The notes beneath the pieces are model-generated. The model worked only from the letters and a program-made list of their open reading frames with translations. It made no database searches and had not been told where the DNA came from. A stretch of 64,000 bases of DNA from an uncultured bacterium (GTDB taxonomy: Bacteria > Chlamydiota > Chlamydiia > Chlamydiales > VFKH01): positions 836 through 64,835 of the forward strand of contig CAZQVA010000001.1 of assembly GCA_964596685.1 (NCBI GenBank), in the 5' to 3' direction. Below, one piece after another: positions 42,005-52,354 of the stretch (its first letter is position 1; each line of letters opens with the position of its first letter). A program made the translations under genes and the position numbers.

Positions 42005-43615
42005 ATGCAAAAATCCTTTAGGCTCTTCTCATGCGCCGCTTTAGCAGCACTAACAGTTGCTGCTGGCTTGTGTATGACAAGTTTTCAAAAAAGCTCTTAC
42101 CAAGGCAGCTCTTCTGCCTCAACAATCGGCCAAGCGCCTCGCCATCAAGTAGCTCAAGGTTGCTATAATGGTTATTGCGCACCCCAGCCAGAGGCATGTG
42201 CTCCAGCACCTGTCTGTCCTCCTGTCTGTCCACCACCAGCACCTGCTTGTGATGATTCACGCGTAGTCACGATCAATACAGATTTGATTCGTATTACGAA
42301 GAAATATCCACCACGTGTTGATTTGAACCAAGAGTTCGTGGTTGAAATGACAGCATACGCTCTTGACAATGCATCTAACGTTGTGATCACAGAATCTGTG
42401 CCTTCAGGCGTTACTTACGTAAAGAGCGATCCAAGTGCATCTGCAAACGGTGATCGTTTGACATGGACATTGGATTCCTTGAGAAAAGGGCAAACAAAGA
42501 CATTCCGTCTTTGGTTGAAGCCAACAGAATGTGGTGAAATCTGTGGATGCACAACAGCAACTGCTGTTCCTTACATCTGCGCACCAGTATTCGTTGGTTG
42601 CCCATGCATCACATGTAAAAAAACTGGTCCAGCACGCGTTAACTGCAATGATCCTGTAGAATTCATGATCACAGTAACAAACACTGGTACAGCTGTTGCA
42701 CGTGATGTTCTTGTAACAGAAAACCTTCCAGCTGAAGTTGAGCACGCAAGTGGTCAACGTGTACTTAAGTTCCCATTAGGCGATTTACAGCCTAACGAGA
42801 CAAAGCAAATCTGTGTTCGTGTGAAAGCATTGACACGTTGCGTACGCGTTTGCAACTCAATCACTACAACTTCTGCTAACTGCCAAGGCAGTGCTTGCGA
42901 ATGCTGCTTAGACATCTGCCAATCGATCATTTCGATCAGAAAGACAGGTCCTGCTGAGCAATACATTTGCAAAAATGCTGATTACCAAATTAGCATTAAG
43001 AACGAAGGTGATAACATCTTGCATGATGTTGTTGTAACAGATATGGCTCCAAATGGAACATGCATCGTCATGGCTCCTGGTGCTAGCATCTCTGGCAACG
43101 TAGCGTCATGGGTTGTTAAGTGCCTCAATCCTAACGAAGAAAAGTCTTTCAACATTAAGTTGACTGCTAAGACTTGTGGCGTATTCTGCAATAAAGCATC
43201 TGTACGCGCTTCTGATGGATGTGGTTCTGACACAGAACTCTGCACAACTTGGAAAGGTTGTTCCGGTATCACAGTTTGCGTATGCGATTGCGAAGACCCA
43301 ATTTGCGTTGGATCCTGCAATACATACAAAATCACTGTACGTAACCAAGGTGTCGTTGCTGATAAGAACGTCACTATCGTTGCTACATTGAGCCCAGAAC
43401 TTCAAGCAATTAACGGCTCTGGACCAACTGCTTGCTCCGTTGCAGGACAAACAGTAACCTTCAAGCCAATTGCTTCTCTCGGGCCAAAGCAAGTTGCCGA
43501 ATTCATCGTTCGTGCAAAAGCTGTGTCTCCTGGTGATGCACGTGTACAAGTTGAGTTAACTTCTGACTTCTTGACAAAACCTGTTCATGAAGAAGAAAGC
43601 ACTCAAGTGTACTAG
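42005..43615 (+). CDS. omcB: 60-kDa cysteine-rich outer membrane complex protein OmcB (DUF11 repeats)
   Basis: Signal peptide MQKSFRLFSCAALAALTVAAGLC, numerous Cys, and repeated DUF11-like modules (ITVTNTGTAVARDVLVTENLP, ISIKNEGDNILHDVVVTDMAP, ITVRNQGVVADKNVTIVATL). GGAG lies 8 nt upstream of ATG 42005. The track start is 41984. Confidence 0.9.
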   Translation: MQKSFRLFSCAALAALTVAAGLCMTSFQKSSYQGSSSASTIGQAPRHQVAQGCYNGYCAPQPEACAPAPVCPPVCPPPAPACDDSRVVTINTDLIRITKKYPPRVDLNQEFVVEMTAYALDNASNVVITESVPSGVTYVKSDPSASANGDRLTWTLDSLRKGQTKTFRLWLKPTECGEICGCTTATAVPYICAPVFVGCPCITCKKTGPARVNCNDPVEFMITVTNTGTAVARDVLVTENLPAEVEHASGQRVLKFPLGDLQPNETKQICVRVKALTRCVRVCNSITTTSANCQGSACECCLDICQSIISIRKTGPAEQYICKNADYQISIKNEGDNILHDVVVTDMAPNGTCIVMAPGASISGNVASWVVKCLNPNEEKSFNIKLTAKTCGVFCNKASVRASDGCGSDTELCTTWKGCSGITVCVCDCEDPICVGSCNTYKITVRNQGVVADKNVTIVATLSPELQAINGSGPTACSVAGQTVTFKPIASLGPKQVAEFIVRAKAVSPGDARVQVELTSDFLTKPVHEEESTQVY

Positions 43616-43623
43616 TAGCTGAA

Positions 43624-43653
43624 AAGCAAAGGATACCTTCCTTTGCTTGTTTT
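43624..43653 (+). terminator. rho-independent terminator 1 after omcB
   Basis: AAGCAAAGGA-TACCT-TCCTTTGCTT followed by GTTTT. Confidence 0.55.
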
Positions 43654-43663
43654 CAGTCTAAAG

Positions 43664-43706
43664 AACCCTCAAGATCTATCAAGGTCTTGAGGGTTTTTTC
43701 TTTTTT
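43664..43706 (+). terminator. rho-independent terminator 2 after omcB
   Basis: AACCCTCAAGA-N10-TCTTGAGGGTT followed by TTTTCTTTTTT. Confidence 0.7.
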
Positions 43707-43873
43707 GGCGCCTTTCCACTCTCACTCATATTTATCTTCACAATGAAATCCAAAAGAATTTTCTACAAAACTATGCCGAGATAGTACTTCTCAAAAGTGT
43801 CTGACAACTTCTTGTCAATCTCACATGACACACCCCTTTTGTAGCTATTCGTGATTCAGATATCGCAAGAAGG

Positions 43874-43903
43874 TTGATAAGAGTAGGCGAATTTTGTTAT
43901 AGT
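43874..43903 (+). promoter_or_regulatory. candidate ftsH promoter
   Basis: TTGATA (43874-43879), an 18-nt spacer, then TATAGT (43898-43903), 42 nt upstream of ATG 43946. The track TTG start coincides with the -35 box. Confidence 0.4.
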
Positions 43904-43945
43904 GCGCTTGAATACAAAGTTTTTAGCCTAAATAAAAGAGTGACT

Positions 43946-46687
43946 ATGGCCGGCGATTTCAATACAGGACAAGAACCTAAGAAGAATTTTCCAACAAGTT
44001 TTTTCCTCTTTCTCATTTTCGCGATCCTCATCGTGGTGGTGGTCCAAAACTATGTTGGCAGTAAAATGGCAAAAGTGTCATTCAGCTACCAATTGGAACA
44101 ATTAGTTAACCTCGATCTGATCGAGCCGCAAGACAGCAGAAAAATTGCGCTAAATGATAATTTAGTCACCTTTAGCGGCCGCTTTAGAGAGCATGAGACT
44201 GCAGAAGGGAAAAAACGCTATCAATTCCTCGAGCTACTCAATCAGCATTACCAACTTGTTGCACAACAGACTGCTCTTGAAAATGAGATGACACAACAGT
44301 CGCGCTCAATGAAAGAAGCAGCCGATTGGTTCTTGCACATTGCAGGGATTCCTTTGCCAAAAGGTGGCTATGTTATCGTCGATTCATCTTTAGATACTCA
44401 AGATCACCTCAATCAAGTTGTCTTAACTCAGATGCAACCGCGCACCCTTCCCAACTTAGCTACTCTTGCATCAGAACTTGGAAAAGCAACACAAGACACC
44501 ATCAGCCCTTTGTTTGATGATGTTGTCACTCTCTGCCAAGCCTACCGTTCTCCTATTCTAGGGATTGGCGATGAAACGTTAAAAATGCAACTCAAAACAC
44601 TTGCATCACAATTATCTCAAAGCAAAAGCGCTGAAGATCGCTTATCAGCATCAAAAGCCGCTATATCGCAATTGCAAGGAATTACAGACAAACTAAATCA
44701 AGAAGAACAGGGTATACGCCTCACTCAGCTACGCAGCGTTCGCGATTACACACAAGACATTACCCAGCAACAGACGCTCCAAGAGAGTATCGACCAAAAT
44801 TCGGCACTCTTGGCAAAGGCTCGCACAAGTGTTGCTAACGTTGTATGGTTCTTTAATAATCAACAGTTGTCAACGCGTGCTTTAGAGAAGCAAGATCCTG
44901 AAGTCTTCTCACAATGGTTTAATGAAGGACGAAGTGAATGGGATAGTTTTAATGTTAATCATGGAGCCATTTTCCGCGCGCCAGATCAACCTCTTAACCT
45001 AGTTCTAGAAAAAACATTCAAAAGTGAAGAGCCCTCACCAAACTACTTAAGTTATCTATTAACAATTCTGCCCGTACTTTTGGTAGTCTTTTTACTCTAT
45101 TTTGTCTTCTCAAGACAGATGAAAGGCATTGGTGGTTCAACAATGACTTTTGGTAAGTCACCAGCCAAACTTTTAAATAAAGGCTCCAACAAAATCACTT
45201 TCAAGGATGTTGCTGGGATCGATGAGGCAAAAGAAGAGCTCGAGGAAATTGTGGACTTCTTGAAAAATCCAGGCAAATTCACTGCTTTAGGTGCCCGTCT
45301 ACCCAAAGGTGTCTTGTGTATTGGACCGCCAGGAACAGGAAAAACTCTTCTAGCAAAAGCGGTGGCAGGCGAAGCGGATCGCCCCTTCTTTTCCATCTCC
45401 GGTTCCGATTTTGTGGAAATGTTTGTTGGTGTCGGTGCAAGCCGTATTCGCGATATGTTTGAGCAAGCCAAGAAAAATGCTCCCTGCTTGATCTTCATCG
45501 ATGAGATTGATGCTGTTGGGCGCCATCGCGGTGGTGGTTATGGCGGTGGACACGATGAACGCGAACAAACATTGAATCAACTGCTCGTAGAAATGGATGG
45601 TTTTGACACAAATGAAGGGGTCATCCTAATGGCAGCAACAAATAGACCTGATGTACTTGACAAAGCTCTCCTACGTCCTGGTCGTTTTGATCGCCGCGTT
45701 GTCATTGATTTACCTGATATCAAAGGTCGCTTTGAAATCTTACAGGTCCACGCTAAGAAAATTAAATTAGATCCCAGTGTTGACCTAATGCTTATTGCAC
45801 GCGCTACGCCAGGATCTTCAGGCGCAGACTTAATGAATATGCTCAATGAAGCTGCTCTCCTTGCCGCACGTCGAGGACGCTCCTTAGTCTCTTCACAAGA
45901 TGCTCTTGAAGCAACTGACAAGGTTCTTTATGGTAAAGAACGGCGCAGCATGGAATTAGGAGAGGTTGAAAAACGCTCAACAGCCTACCATGAATCGGGA
46001 CATGCAGTAGTTGGACTTATTGTAAAAAAATCAGATCCCGTCAATAAAGTAACCATCATCCCTCGTGGACTATCTCTTGGAGCAACTCACTTTCTTCCTG
46101 AAAAAAATAAGGTGGGCTACTGGCGTGAAGAGCTTTATGATCGCCTTGCCGTTGCTATGGGAGGACGTTGCGCAGAAGAGATATTCCTCAATGACATGTC
46201 GAGTGGGGCTTCTAACGATATTCAACGAGCAACTCATATGGCAACAAGTATGGTATGCGAATGGGGCATGAGTGAATTGATGGGAGTTGTTGCTTATGAA
46301 TCTGGTTCATCGAACGGACAATATGTCGGTTTTGGTTCGAATGAAAAGAATTATTCAGAAGAAACAGCTCACCGCATTGATGAAGAAGTGCACCGAATCC
46401 TCACAGAGGCCTACACGCGCGCTAAAAACATTATTTTAGAACATCGTCAACAAGTTGAGCAAATGACAGCTATGTTGATGGAGTTTGAAACATTAGATGC
46501 TCAAGACGTGCGTAAGATCATGGATGGCACCTTTACTGCTGAGGAAAAACGGGCTTCTTTAAAAATCCAGGAAGAGGCACATAAGAAAGAGGTTGCAAGC
46601 GCAGCAACAACTTTAGCAGCCTCATCTACTACAACGCCCCCTCCTGCAGCGGCGCCACAACAGCCTTTCTCAGATCAGCCCAAGTGA
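43946..46687 (+). CDS. ftsH: ATP-dependent zinc metalloprotease FtsH (long chlamydial form)
   Basis: Two TM helices flank a large periplasmic insert of about 350 aa. Walker [22 protein letters not shown] region, and Zn motif HESGHA. The C-terminal tail is Pro/Ala-rich. Confidence 0.96.
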   Translation: MAGDFNTGQEPKKNFPTSFFLFLIFAILIVVVVQNYVGSKMAKVSFSYQLEQLVNLDLIEPQDSRKIALNDNLVTFSGRFREHETAEGKKRYQFLELLNQHYQLVAQQTALENEMTQQSRSMKEAADWFLHIAGIPLPKGGYVIVDSSLDTQDHLNQVVLTQMQPRTLPNLATLASELGKATQDTISPLFDDVVTLCQAYRSPILGIGDETLKMQLKTLASQLSQSKSAEDRLSASKAAISQLQGITDKLNQEEQGIRLTQLRSVRDYTQDITQQQTLQESIDQNSALLAKARTSVANVVWFFNNQQLSTRALEKQDPEVFSQWFNEGRSEWDSFNVNHGAIFRAPDQPLNLVLEKTFKSEEPSPNYLSYLLTILPVLLVVFLLYFVFSRQMKGIGGSTMTFGKSPAKLLNKGSNKITFKDVAGIDEAKEELEEIVDFLKNPGKFTALGARLPKGVLCIGPPGTGKTLLAKAVAGEADRPFFSISGSDFVEMFVGVGASRIRDMFEQAKKNAPCLIFIDEIDAVGRHRGGGYGGGHDEREQTLNQLLVEMDGFDTNEGVILMAATNRPDVLDKALLRPGRFDRRVVIDLPDIKGRFEILQVHAKKIKLDPSVDLMLIARATPGSSGADLMNMLNEAALLAARRGRSLVSSQDALEATDKVLYGKERRSMELGEVEKRSTAYHESGHAVVGLIVKKSDPVNKVTIIPRGLSLGATHFLPEKNKVGYWREELYDRLAVAMGGRCAEEIFLNDMSSGASNDIQRATHMATSMVCEWGMSELMGVVAYESGSSNGQYVGFGSNEKNYSEETAHRIDEEVHRILTEAYTRAKNIILEHRQQVEQMTAMLMEFETLDAQDVRKIMDGTFTAEEKRASLKIQEEAHKKEVASAATTLAASSTTTPPPAAAPQQPFSDQPK

Positions 46688-47829
46688 TTGCAAAGGCTCA
46701 AAATCTCTTAAGACAAATTGACTGGAGGATGATTCCCATCATCCTCTCCCTTATGATTTTGAGCCTGATTGTTATTTCATCTGCCGAAAGCTACATTTTT
46801 GATACCGATGATTTTTTTACAACGCGCGTATTAGGTCAACTGCGTTGGTTTGCACTTGGAACCCTTGTCTTTCTTGGAATGACATTATGTAACTATAATG
46901 CCCTTCGAGAATGGACTTGGGTCCTCTATCTCGTACTGATCCTAGCTCTCATTGGCCTTTTTTTCACCGAAAGCACAAAAAATGTTCAGCGTTGGTATCG
47001 CATCCCAGCATTAGGCTTAGCACTACAGCCCTCTGAATTTGCTAAACTCATTGTTGTATTCACTTTAAGCTGGTGGCTCGATCGTCAACGTGGAAGAGAA
47101 TCGAAAAGTTGGACCACTGCATGGGTCGCCATCGGCATTGTGGCTCTCCCTTTTCTGCTGATATTTAAGCAGCCAGATCTTGGCACAGCGATGCTCCTTT
47201 ACCCCATCACTTTGGCCCTTTTTTATTTTGGGGATATACGGCCCTCTGTTATTAAAGCAATGACATGGATGGGCCTTCTTCTCATAGCCCTCGTTAGCCT
47301 TTTTTTTCTTCATATTGTCGACCATGAAGAATGGCAACCAATTGCTACAAAAATCCTTAAAGAATACCAATATGAACGTCTCAATCCAGATACACACCAT
47401 CAAAAAGCCTCAATGACAGCCATTGGAGTTGGTGGCGTTTTGGGAAGTGGCTGGAAACAAGGGATCTTTATGGGCCGAGGATGGCTACCAGAAGCTCATA
47501 CAGACTCTATCTTTTCCTCTTTAGGAGAGGACTTTGGCTTTATCGGCATGGGGCTTTTGTTACTTCTTTTCTTTCTACTGCTTTATTTTTCTTTTCAAGT
47601 CAGCGCTTCGGCAAAAGATCATTATGGATCCTTACTTGCTGCGGGCATTGCTATCTATCTAGCTTCGCATGTGTTCATCAATATCGCAATGATGTGTGGC
47701 TTATGGCCTATTACTGGAGTGCCTCTACCATTAATGAGCTATGGAGGATCCTCCGTACTTGTCACAATGGCTGCTTTAGGCGTCCTTCAAAGCATTTACT
47801 GCCGTAGATTTATGTATAACTCCCACTAA
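46684..47829 (+). CDS. SEDS-family peptidoglycan glycosyltransferase (FtsW/RodA)
   Basis: 381 aa. GTG start overlapping the ftsH stop. Multi-pass membrane protein with QPSEFAKL, KQPDLGTA, TDSIFS and PLPLMSYGGSS. Confidence 0.9.
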   Translation: MIAKAQNLLRQIDWRMIPIILSLMILSLIVISSAESYIFDTDDFFTTRVLGQLRWFALGTLVFLGMTLCNYNALREWTWVLYLVLILALIGLFFTESTKNVQRWYRIPALGLALQPSEFAKLIVVFTLSWWLDRQRGRESKSWTTAWVAIGIVALPFLLIFKQPDLGTAMLLYPITLALFYFGDIRPSVIKAMTWMGLLLIALVSLFFLHIVDHEEWQPIATKILKEYQYERLNPDTHHQKASMTAIGVGGVLGSGWKQGIFMGRGWLPEAHTDSIFSSLGEDFGFIGMGLLLLLFFLLLYFSFQVSASAKDHYGSLLAAGIAIYLASHVFINIAMMCGLWPITGVPLPLMSYGGSSVLVTMAALGVLQSIYCRRFMYNSH

Positions 47830-47879
47830 AATCTAGTTCTACTGTCAGGAAATAAAAATATCATCTATGCTAATACGCG

Positions 47880-47905
47880 AAATCGATTTCAAGTTGAGCT
47901 CACGT
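47880..47905 (-). repeat. repeat family 4 solo end
   Basis: The reverse complement ACGTGAGCTCAACTTGAAATCGATTT matches 33704-33727 with 2 mismatches over 24 nt. It ends 7 nt upstream of ATG 47913. Confidence 0.5.
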
Positions 47906-47912
47906 TAATACT

Positions 47913-48458
47913 ATGTATATTGTACTTGTGACATGCATTTGTCTGCTTTTTACCTCCTGCGGATACCACTTGGGATCTGGCGCCACACTCACACCGTGTA
48001 AAACAATCTCTATTCCTTATGTAAAAAATGATATTGAGGGACAGTTTACTGATTTATTGATTCAGCAAATCAGCATTAACGGGGTTGCACGCTATGTATC
48101 TTCGCAAGGACAATATTGCTTAAAAGTGTGTTTAGAAAGCGAAAATGACACATCTGTTGGTTATCGCTATGCTGACAATAGCACAGGGCTTATCCACCGC
48201 GTGGTAGCCAGCGAAAATCGCATTTCAATTGTTGCTCACGTCACATTAGTCGATGGACGCACAGGATGCACTGTACTTGGCCCAGTGGATATTCCAGCTG
48301 ATCTTTGTTACGATTTTGAACCTGAATCAGATTTACAAACCTCTACGCAATTCTCAGCGGGACAATTAAACGCTAAACCTCTCGCAACAAATGCCGCGCG
48401 AATTGCTCTATATCGACGTCTTGCACAAAAAATTGCTGAATTTTTAGAACGTTTTTAA
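47913..48458 (+). CDS. LptE-like lipoprotein
   Basis: 181 aa. MYIVLVTCICLLFTSCGYHLGS resembles the lipobox plus the CGFHLRG start of LptE/RlpB. Confidence 0.55.
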   Translation: MYIVLVTCICLLFTSCGYHLGSGATLTPCKTISIPYVKNDIEGQFTDLLIQQISINGVARYVSSQGQYCLKVCLESENDTSVGYRYADNSTGLIHRVVASENRISIVAHVTLVDGRTGCTVLGPVDIPADLCYDFEPESDLQTSTQFSAGQLNAKPLATNAARIALYRRLAQKIAEFLERF

Positions 48459-48473
48459 CTGGACTTTAGACCC
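48459..48473 (+). repeat. repeat family 3 end fragment
   Basis: CTGGACTTTAGACCC lies immediately after the stop codon. It is a short match to the family-3 terminus and is weak on its own. Confidence 0.35.
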
Positions 48474-48501
48474 AGATAGAGCAGTTTGAGTGTTTTAAAA
48501 A

Positions 48502-48661
48502 ATGTGAGTTCGATTTTAAATCGGCCTTTGGTGTGTGTAAACATGCGTCAGTATTTTAAAGATCATATCGAAAAGAATGGCCAAAGCCGTGGTTAAGATG
48601 CGATCTTTGAAAGATGACCGTGTTGGCATATACCAAAGAATGATTTAAAGTCGAACTCACG
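48502..48661. mobile_element. 160-bp palindromic MITE-like element, repeat family 4 (full length) with 8-bp target-site duplication
   Basis: The ends are (A)TGTGAGTTCGATTTTAAATCGG and GATTTAAAGTCGAACTCACG. The halves are complementary along their whole length by eye. TTTAAAAA flanks both sides (48494-48501, 48662-48669). Confidence 0.8.
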
Positions 48662-48764
48662 TTTAAAAACGTTCTCTCATTGCGCTTTTTCCTCAGCAAT
48701 GGCAAGATCATCCTTGAAGTCTATTGCTGGACTTCTTTCAAAATTATCCAGATTGTAGACAATT

Positions 48765-49202
48765 TTGCAAAAGGCTCTAAAGGAATCTGCCCGCATGCGT
48801 TTTTTAGCATCTCCAGATCAATTACCTATCATTCTAAACTATCTAAGGGAGCAGTTACATACTACACCTGAAATTGACAAAGAGATTCTGGAATTTACTC
48901 TTGCTACTGAAGAGGCTCTTGCAAATATCATTGCATATGCCTATCCTAAAAACGTGCCAGGAGCTGTAGAGATCACTATCGACAAACAACCATCTTCATA
49001 TGCTGTAACCCTAAAAGATTGGGGACAACCATTTAATCCTAATATTGCCTACCATCCTCCAAAAAACACCTCTATAGAGGAGTTGCCCATTGGCGGGTTA
49101 GGTATGCACCTCATGCACAAATGTGCTGATGAAGTCGAATATAAGCGCGTTGCAGATGCTAATGAATTGACCTTGCGCAAGTACTTACCTGTCACTGTAT
49201 AA
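48765..49202 (+). CDS. rsbW: RsbW-like anti-sigma factor / serine kinase (HATPase_c)
   Basis: 145 aa from TTG 48765 (ATG 48795 is an alternative). The pattern EEALANIIAYAY...AVTLKDWGQPFNP...GGLGMHLMHKCADEVEY is typical of SpoIIAB/RsbW kinases. Confidence 0.72.
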   Translation: MQKALKESARMRFLASPDQLPIILNYLREQLHTTPEIDKEILEFTLATEEALANIIAYAYPKNVPGAVEITIDKQPSSYAVTLKDWGQPFNPNIAYHPPKNTSIEELPIGGLGMHLMHKCADEVEYKRVADANELTLRKYLPVTV

Positions 49203-50464
49203 TGCTTAATATGTACCGCTTTTCGCTTCTTCTCATTACTCTTAGTTTTTCAAATTATCTATTGCCATATGCCGTTAAATCGCCTCATGCTATTGTCATG
49301 ACCTCTAAAGGAACCATTCTCTTTGAAAAGCGAGCTGATGTAAGGACTTATCCTGCGAGCACCACAAAATTAGCCACAGCGCTAATTATTTATGATTGTT
49401 TTCCCGAATTACTACATCAAGATTGCATCGTTGCACAAGATGCGATTGGTTCCGTCACCTCAAGTGCGAAAAAAAAAGCACATTACCATTACCCTGCCTA
49501 CTGGATTGAAGTGGGATCTAGTCATATTGGCCTAAAAAAGGATGAGATTCTTCCAGCCAAAAGCCTGATGGAAGGCATGTTAATTGCCTCTGGCAATGAT
49601 GCCGCTAATACCCTTGCATATGCAGCCAGTGGTTCCATTGAAGAATTTATGAAAGTCATGGATCGCCATTTAAGAAAGATTGGTTGTACAAAAACATCTT
49701 TTAAAAATCCCCATGGGTTACATCATCCAGAGCATATGACAACAGCGAAGGATTTAGCAAAAATTGCTGTTGCATCACTCAAACATCCCGCGCTTTGCTC
49801 TATCGTTAAAAAGGACCTGTTTAATCGTCCCAAAACGAATAAGCAGCCAGCAGCACGTTTTGCACAAACCAATCGTCTTCTTCGTAAAGGGAAATACCAT
49901 TATTCGCAAGCGATTGGCCTAAAAACAGGAATGACGAGTGATGCAGGACGCGCCCTTATTGCTGCGGCAAAAAAAGATGACCGCACAATTGTAGCTGTTG
50001 TTTTAGGCGCTGATAGCACTGAAACACTTTATGGAGACGTTATAAGTCTCTTCGAAGAAGCTTTTAGTGAAAAGAAAATTACAGAAGTGTTGCAATTTCC
50101 TGAACAAAAAAAATGGATTGAAGGGGCCAAAGGACCACTTATTGCCACTGTGTGTGAATGTCCCTCTCTTTCATATTACCCTTCAGAACCTATAAATCAT
50201 TCTTACGAAGTGATCTGGAACGAAAACTTAACTCCACAAATCAGAGAAGGGACTCAAGTTGGCTACATCAATTTAAATATTGAAGAAGAAAAACACATAC
50301 TACCTCTGTTATCCACTCAAGCAACTGAAGCAACGTGGCAATATATATGGACAAAGAAATGGGAGGAATTCAAAAGTAAACGGGCGTTTTGGGCGGTACT
50401 TGCTAGTATTGTTCTTTTAGTGAGTTTGAGTGTTTTTATGCATTTTGCACGGACAAAATCTTAA
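49202..50464 (+). CDS. D-alanyl-D-alanine carboxypeptidase (PBP5/6, S11)
   Basis: 420 aa. SxxK (PASTTKLAT), SxN (SGNDAA), KTG (KTGMTS), and a C-terminal membrane anchor. Confidence 0.9.
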   Translation: MLNMYRFSLLLITLSFSNYLLPYAVKSPHAIVMTSKGTILFEKRADVRTYPASTTKLATALIIYDCFPELLHQDCIVAQDAIGSVTSSAKKKAHYHYPAYWIEVGSSHIGLKKDEILPAKSLMEGMLIASGNDAANTLAYAASGSIEEFMKVMDRHLRKIGCTKTSFKNPHGLHHPEHMTTAKDLAKIAVASLKHPALCSIVKKDLFNRPKTNKQPAARFAQTNRLLRKGKYHYSQAIGLKTGMTSDAGRALIAAAKKDDRTIVAVVLGADSTETLYGDVISLFEEAFSEKKITEVLQFPEQKKWIEGAKGPLIATVCECPSLSYYPSEPINHSYEVIWNENLTPQIREGTQVGYINLNIEEEKHILPLLSTQATEATWQYIWTKKWEEFKSKRAFWAVLASIVLLVSLSVFMHFARTKS

Positions 50465-51278
50465 ACAATTCCACAAGCTCAACCCATGTCAATTCCTCCG
50501 GACGCGCAGTCGCGGCCAGGTTCATTTGTATGAGAGCTTCTTCAATGCTCCTTGGTTGCCACAATTCAGCAAGACTTTTCTTCAGCATTTTTCTGCGCTG
50601 TTGAAAAGCGCGGCGTGTCATCACAAAAAACGCTTCTTCTTCACTACTTGAAAGCATTCTTACGGCACGAGGTGTTAATAAAACAACGGCAGAGTCCACT
50701 TTAGGAGCTGGATAAAAACAGTTACGCGATACTTTGAATCCATACTGAACATCACAGTGATATTGCAAAAAGACACTAAGTGATGAGTAATCTTCCTCTC
50801 TGCCTTTAGCCACCATTCTTCTCGCCACTTCTTCTTGTACCATCACCGTAATCGATTCAAAAAGATGCAAATCCTTCAAACACCACGCTAAAATAGGAGT
50901 TGTCAAATGATAGGGCAAGTTGGCAACCAGTTTTATCTGTGCAATACCATGCAACTTAAAAGCACCTTGCAGATCAAATGTGCGAATATCTTCGAGATGT
51001 ACGAAAAGCCGCCCATTTTGGAGACGTTCCAAAGCAGAAACAAATAGCGGATCCTTGTCTACAGCAATTACTGAAGCTCCCTTGAGCAACAGCTGCTCAG
51101 TAAGTGCACCAGGACCTGGCCCGATCTCTAACACCCAATCATTGGATTTAACACCTGCTAAAAATAGAATTTTATCCAATATGTTGCGATCGATGAGAAA
51201 GTTTTGCGACAAACTTTTTTGCGCACTGGCTCCCAAATTTGCAAGTAAGGCTTTGAGCTCGGTGGGACGATATGTCAC
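50436..51278 (-). CDS. rsmA: 16S rRNA (adenine1518/1519-N6)-dimethyltransferase
   Basis: 280 aa. LSQNFLIDRNILDKI, LEIGPGPGALT, NLPYHLTTP. Confidence 0.95.
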   Translation of the reverse strand: MTYRPTELKALLANLGASAQKSLSQNFLIDRNILDKILFLAGVKSNDWVLEIGPGPGALTEQLLLKGASVIAVDKDPLFVSALERLQNGRLFVHLEDIRTFDLQGAFKLHGIAQIKLVANLPYHLTTPILAWCLKDLHLFESITVMVQEEVARRMVAKGREEDYSSLSVFLQYHCDVQYGFKVSRNCFYPAPKVDSAVVLLTPRAVRMLSSSEEEAFFVMTRRAFQQRRKMLKKSLAELWQPRSIEEALIQMNLAATARPEELTWVELVELFKILSVQNA

Positions 51279-52354
51279 GATGGGATTACCAATTGAAATG
51301 GTTCAAAACCTTGAGGAATCATCTTTTTAAAATAAGTTTCATCAAGTTTTGCACGCATGCGCAGTTTACTAATATAAGCCGCCATTTCCTCTGCAACCGC
51401 CTTTTCGAGTAGCTCATTGCGAATAGCCGATTCCACTTCTCTCAAAGGAACAACGCTCCTAGGCGTATGTTTTTCAAGAATAAAAATGCGATAGGCCATT
51501 ACTTTAGTCGATCCCTTTGTTTGCTGGGGCACTGGTTCAGAAAAACTTCCCTCCTGAAGTGTCAATAAAACAGTTTTATGCGCTTTTGAAAGCTCTTTTG
51601 CATCGCGTTGAAAGAGCTCAGAGACTTGCACTGTCGCCCCTTTAGGAAGAGCATCCTGCCCCTGATAGGCACTTTCAATTTCCTCAGCAGTTAACCCCTT
51701 TTTCAAGGCTTCAGTTGTTTCATTACAAATCCACAGAGCATCCAAAGGGCTTGTCGCTTTAATACTAATGACGCGATAACTCCACGTTTCTTCAATTGGG
51801 TGCGTTTTAGCATATTCTTCATAGGATTCGCGGATCTCTTTAGGTCCGACGCTGGCTAAGGCGGGCGCATAAGCCATCATCTGTGTCATGCGTTGAATGA
51901 TAATTTCTCTCTCTACCATCGCTGCAATTTCTTCATAGCTAGCACCAATTTGCGCAATTGTACCTACCACATCTGGGCCAAGGGTCTCTTCAATTTCCTG
52001 ACGCACATCACCTTCAGTCACTTCAATTTTTAGATCTTTAGAAGAGGATAAAATTAATTCTCCATCCACCAACTCATCTAAAACACGCTTCCAATGCAAC
52101 TGATAAAACTGGAAACGTGCTTCAAGTACATCTTTGTACTGGGGAAATTGACGATAAAAGACGAGATCTAATTTTTTTAGCAAATCAACTACCGTGATCA
52201 CGCGACCGTTGACCTTTGCAAGGATACGATTGTGCACGACAATTTGAGGTTCATCTGCCCCTGTACGGCGCGCAGCCTCTACTGACATTGGCAAAATTGT
52301 AAGGAGTATCCCTAACAAATAGAAAAAATTATTCTTTTTGAAACACCACGCCAT
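51275..52354 (-). CDS. SurA-like periplasmic chaperone / PpiC-type protein
   Basis: Signal peptide from ATG 52354 (MAWCFKKNNFFYLLGILLTILPMSVEA) and a SurA N-domain-like region (ILAKVNGRVITVVDLLKKLD). The track start 52504 overlaps rsmB by 176 nt. Confidence 0.65.
   Translation of the reverse strand: MAWCFKKNNFFYLLGILLTILPMSVEAARRTGADEPQIVVHNRILAKVNGRVITVVDLLKKLDLVFYRQFPQYKDVLEARFQFYQLHWKRVLDELVDGELILSSSKDLKIEVTEGDVRQEIEETLGPDVVGTIAQIGASYEEIAAMVEREIIIQRMTQMMAYAPALASVGPKEIRESYEEYAKTHPIEETWSYRVISIKATSPLDALWICNETTEALKKGLTAEEIESAYQGQDALPKGATVQVSELFQRDAKELSKAHKTVLLTLQEGSFSEPVPQQTKGSTKVMAYRIFILEKHTPRSVVPLREVESAIRNELLEKAVAEEMAAYISKLRMRAKLDETYFKKMIPQGFEPFQLVIPS

Noticed and set aside
43874-43945. TTG 43874 as the ftsH start
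   Set aside because: This TTG is the first codon-sized piece of a good -35 box (TTGATA-18-TATAGT). The 24 extra residues are not FtsH-like, so ATG 43946 is preferred.
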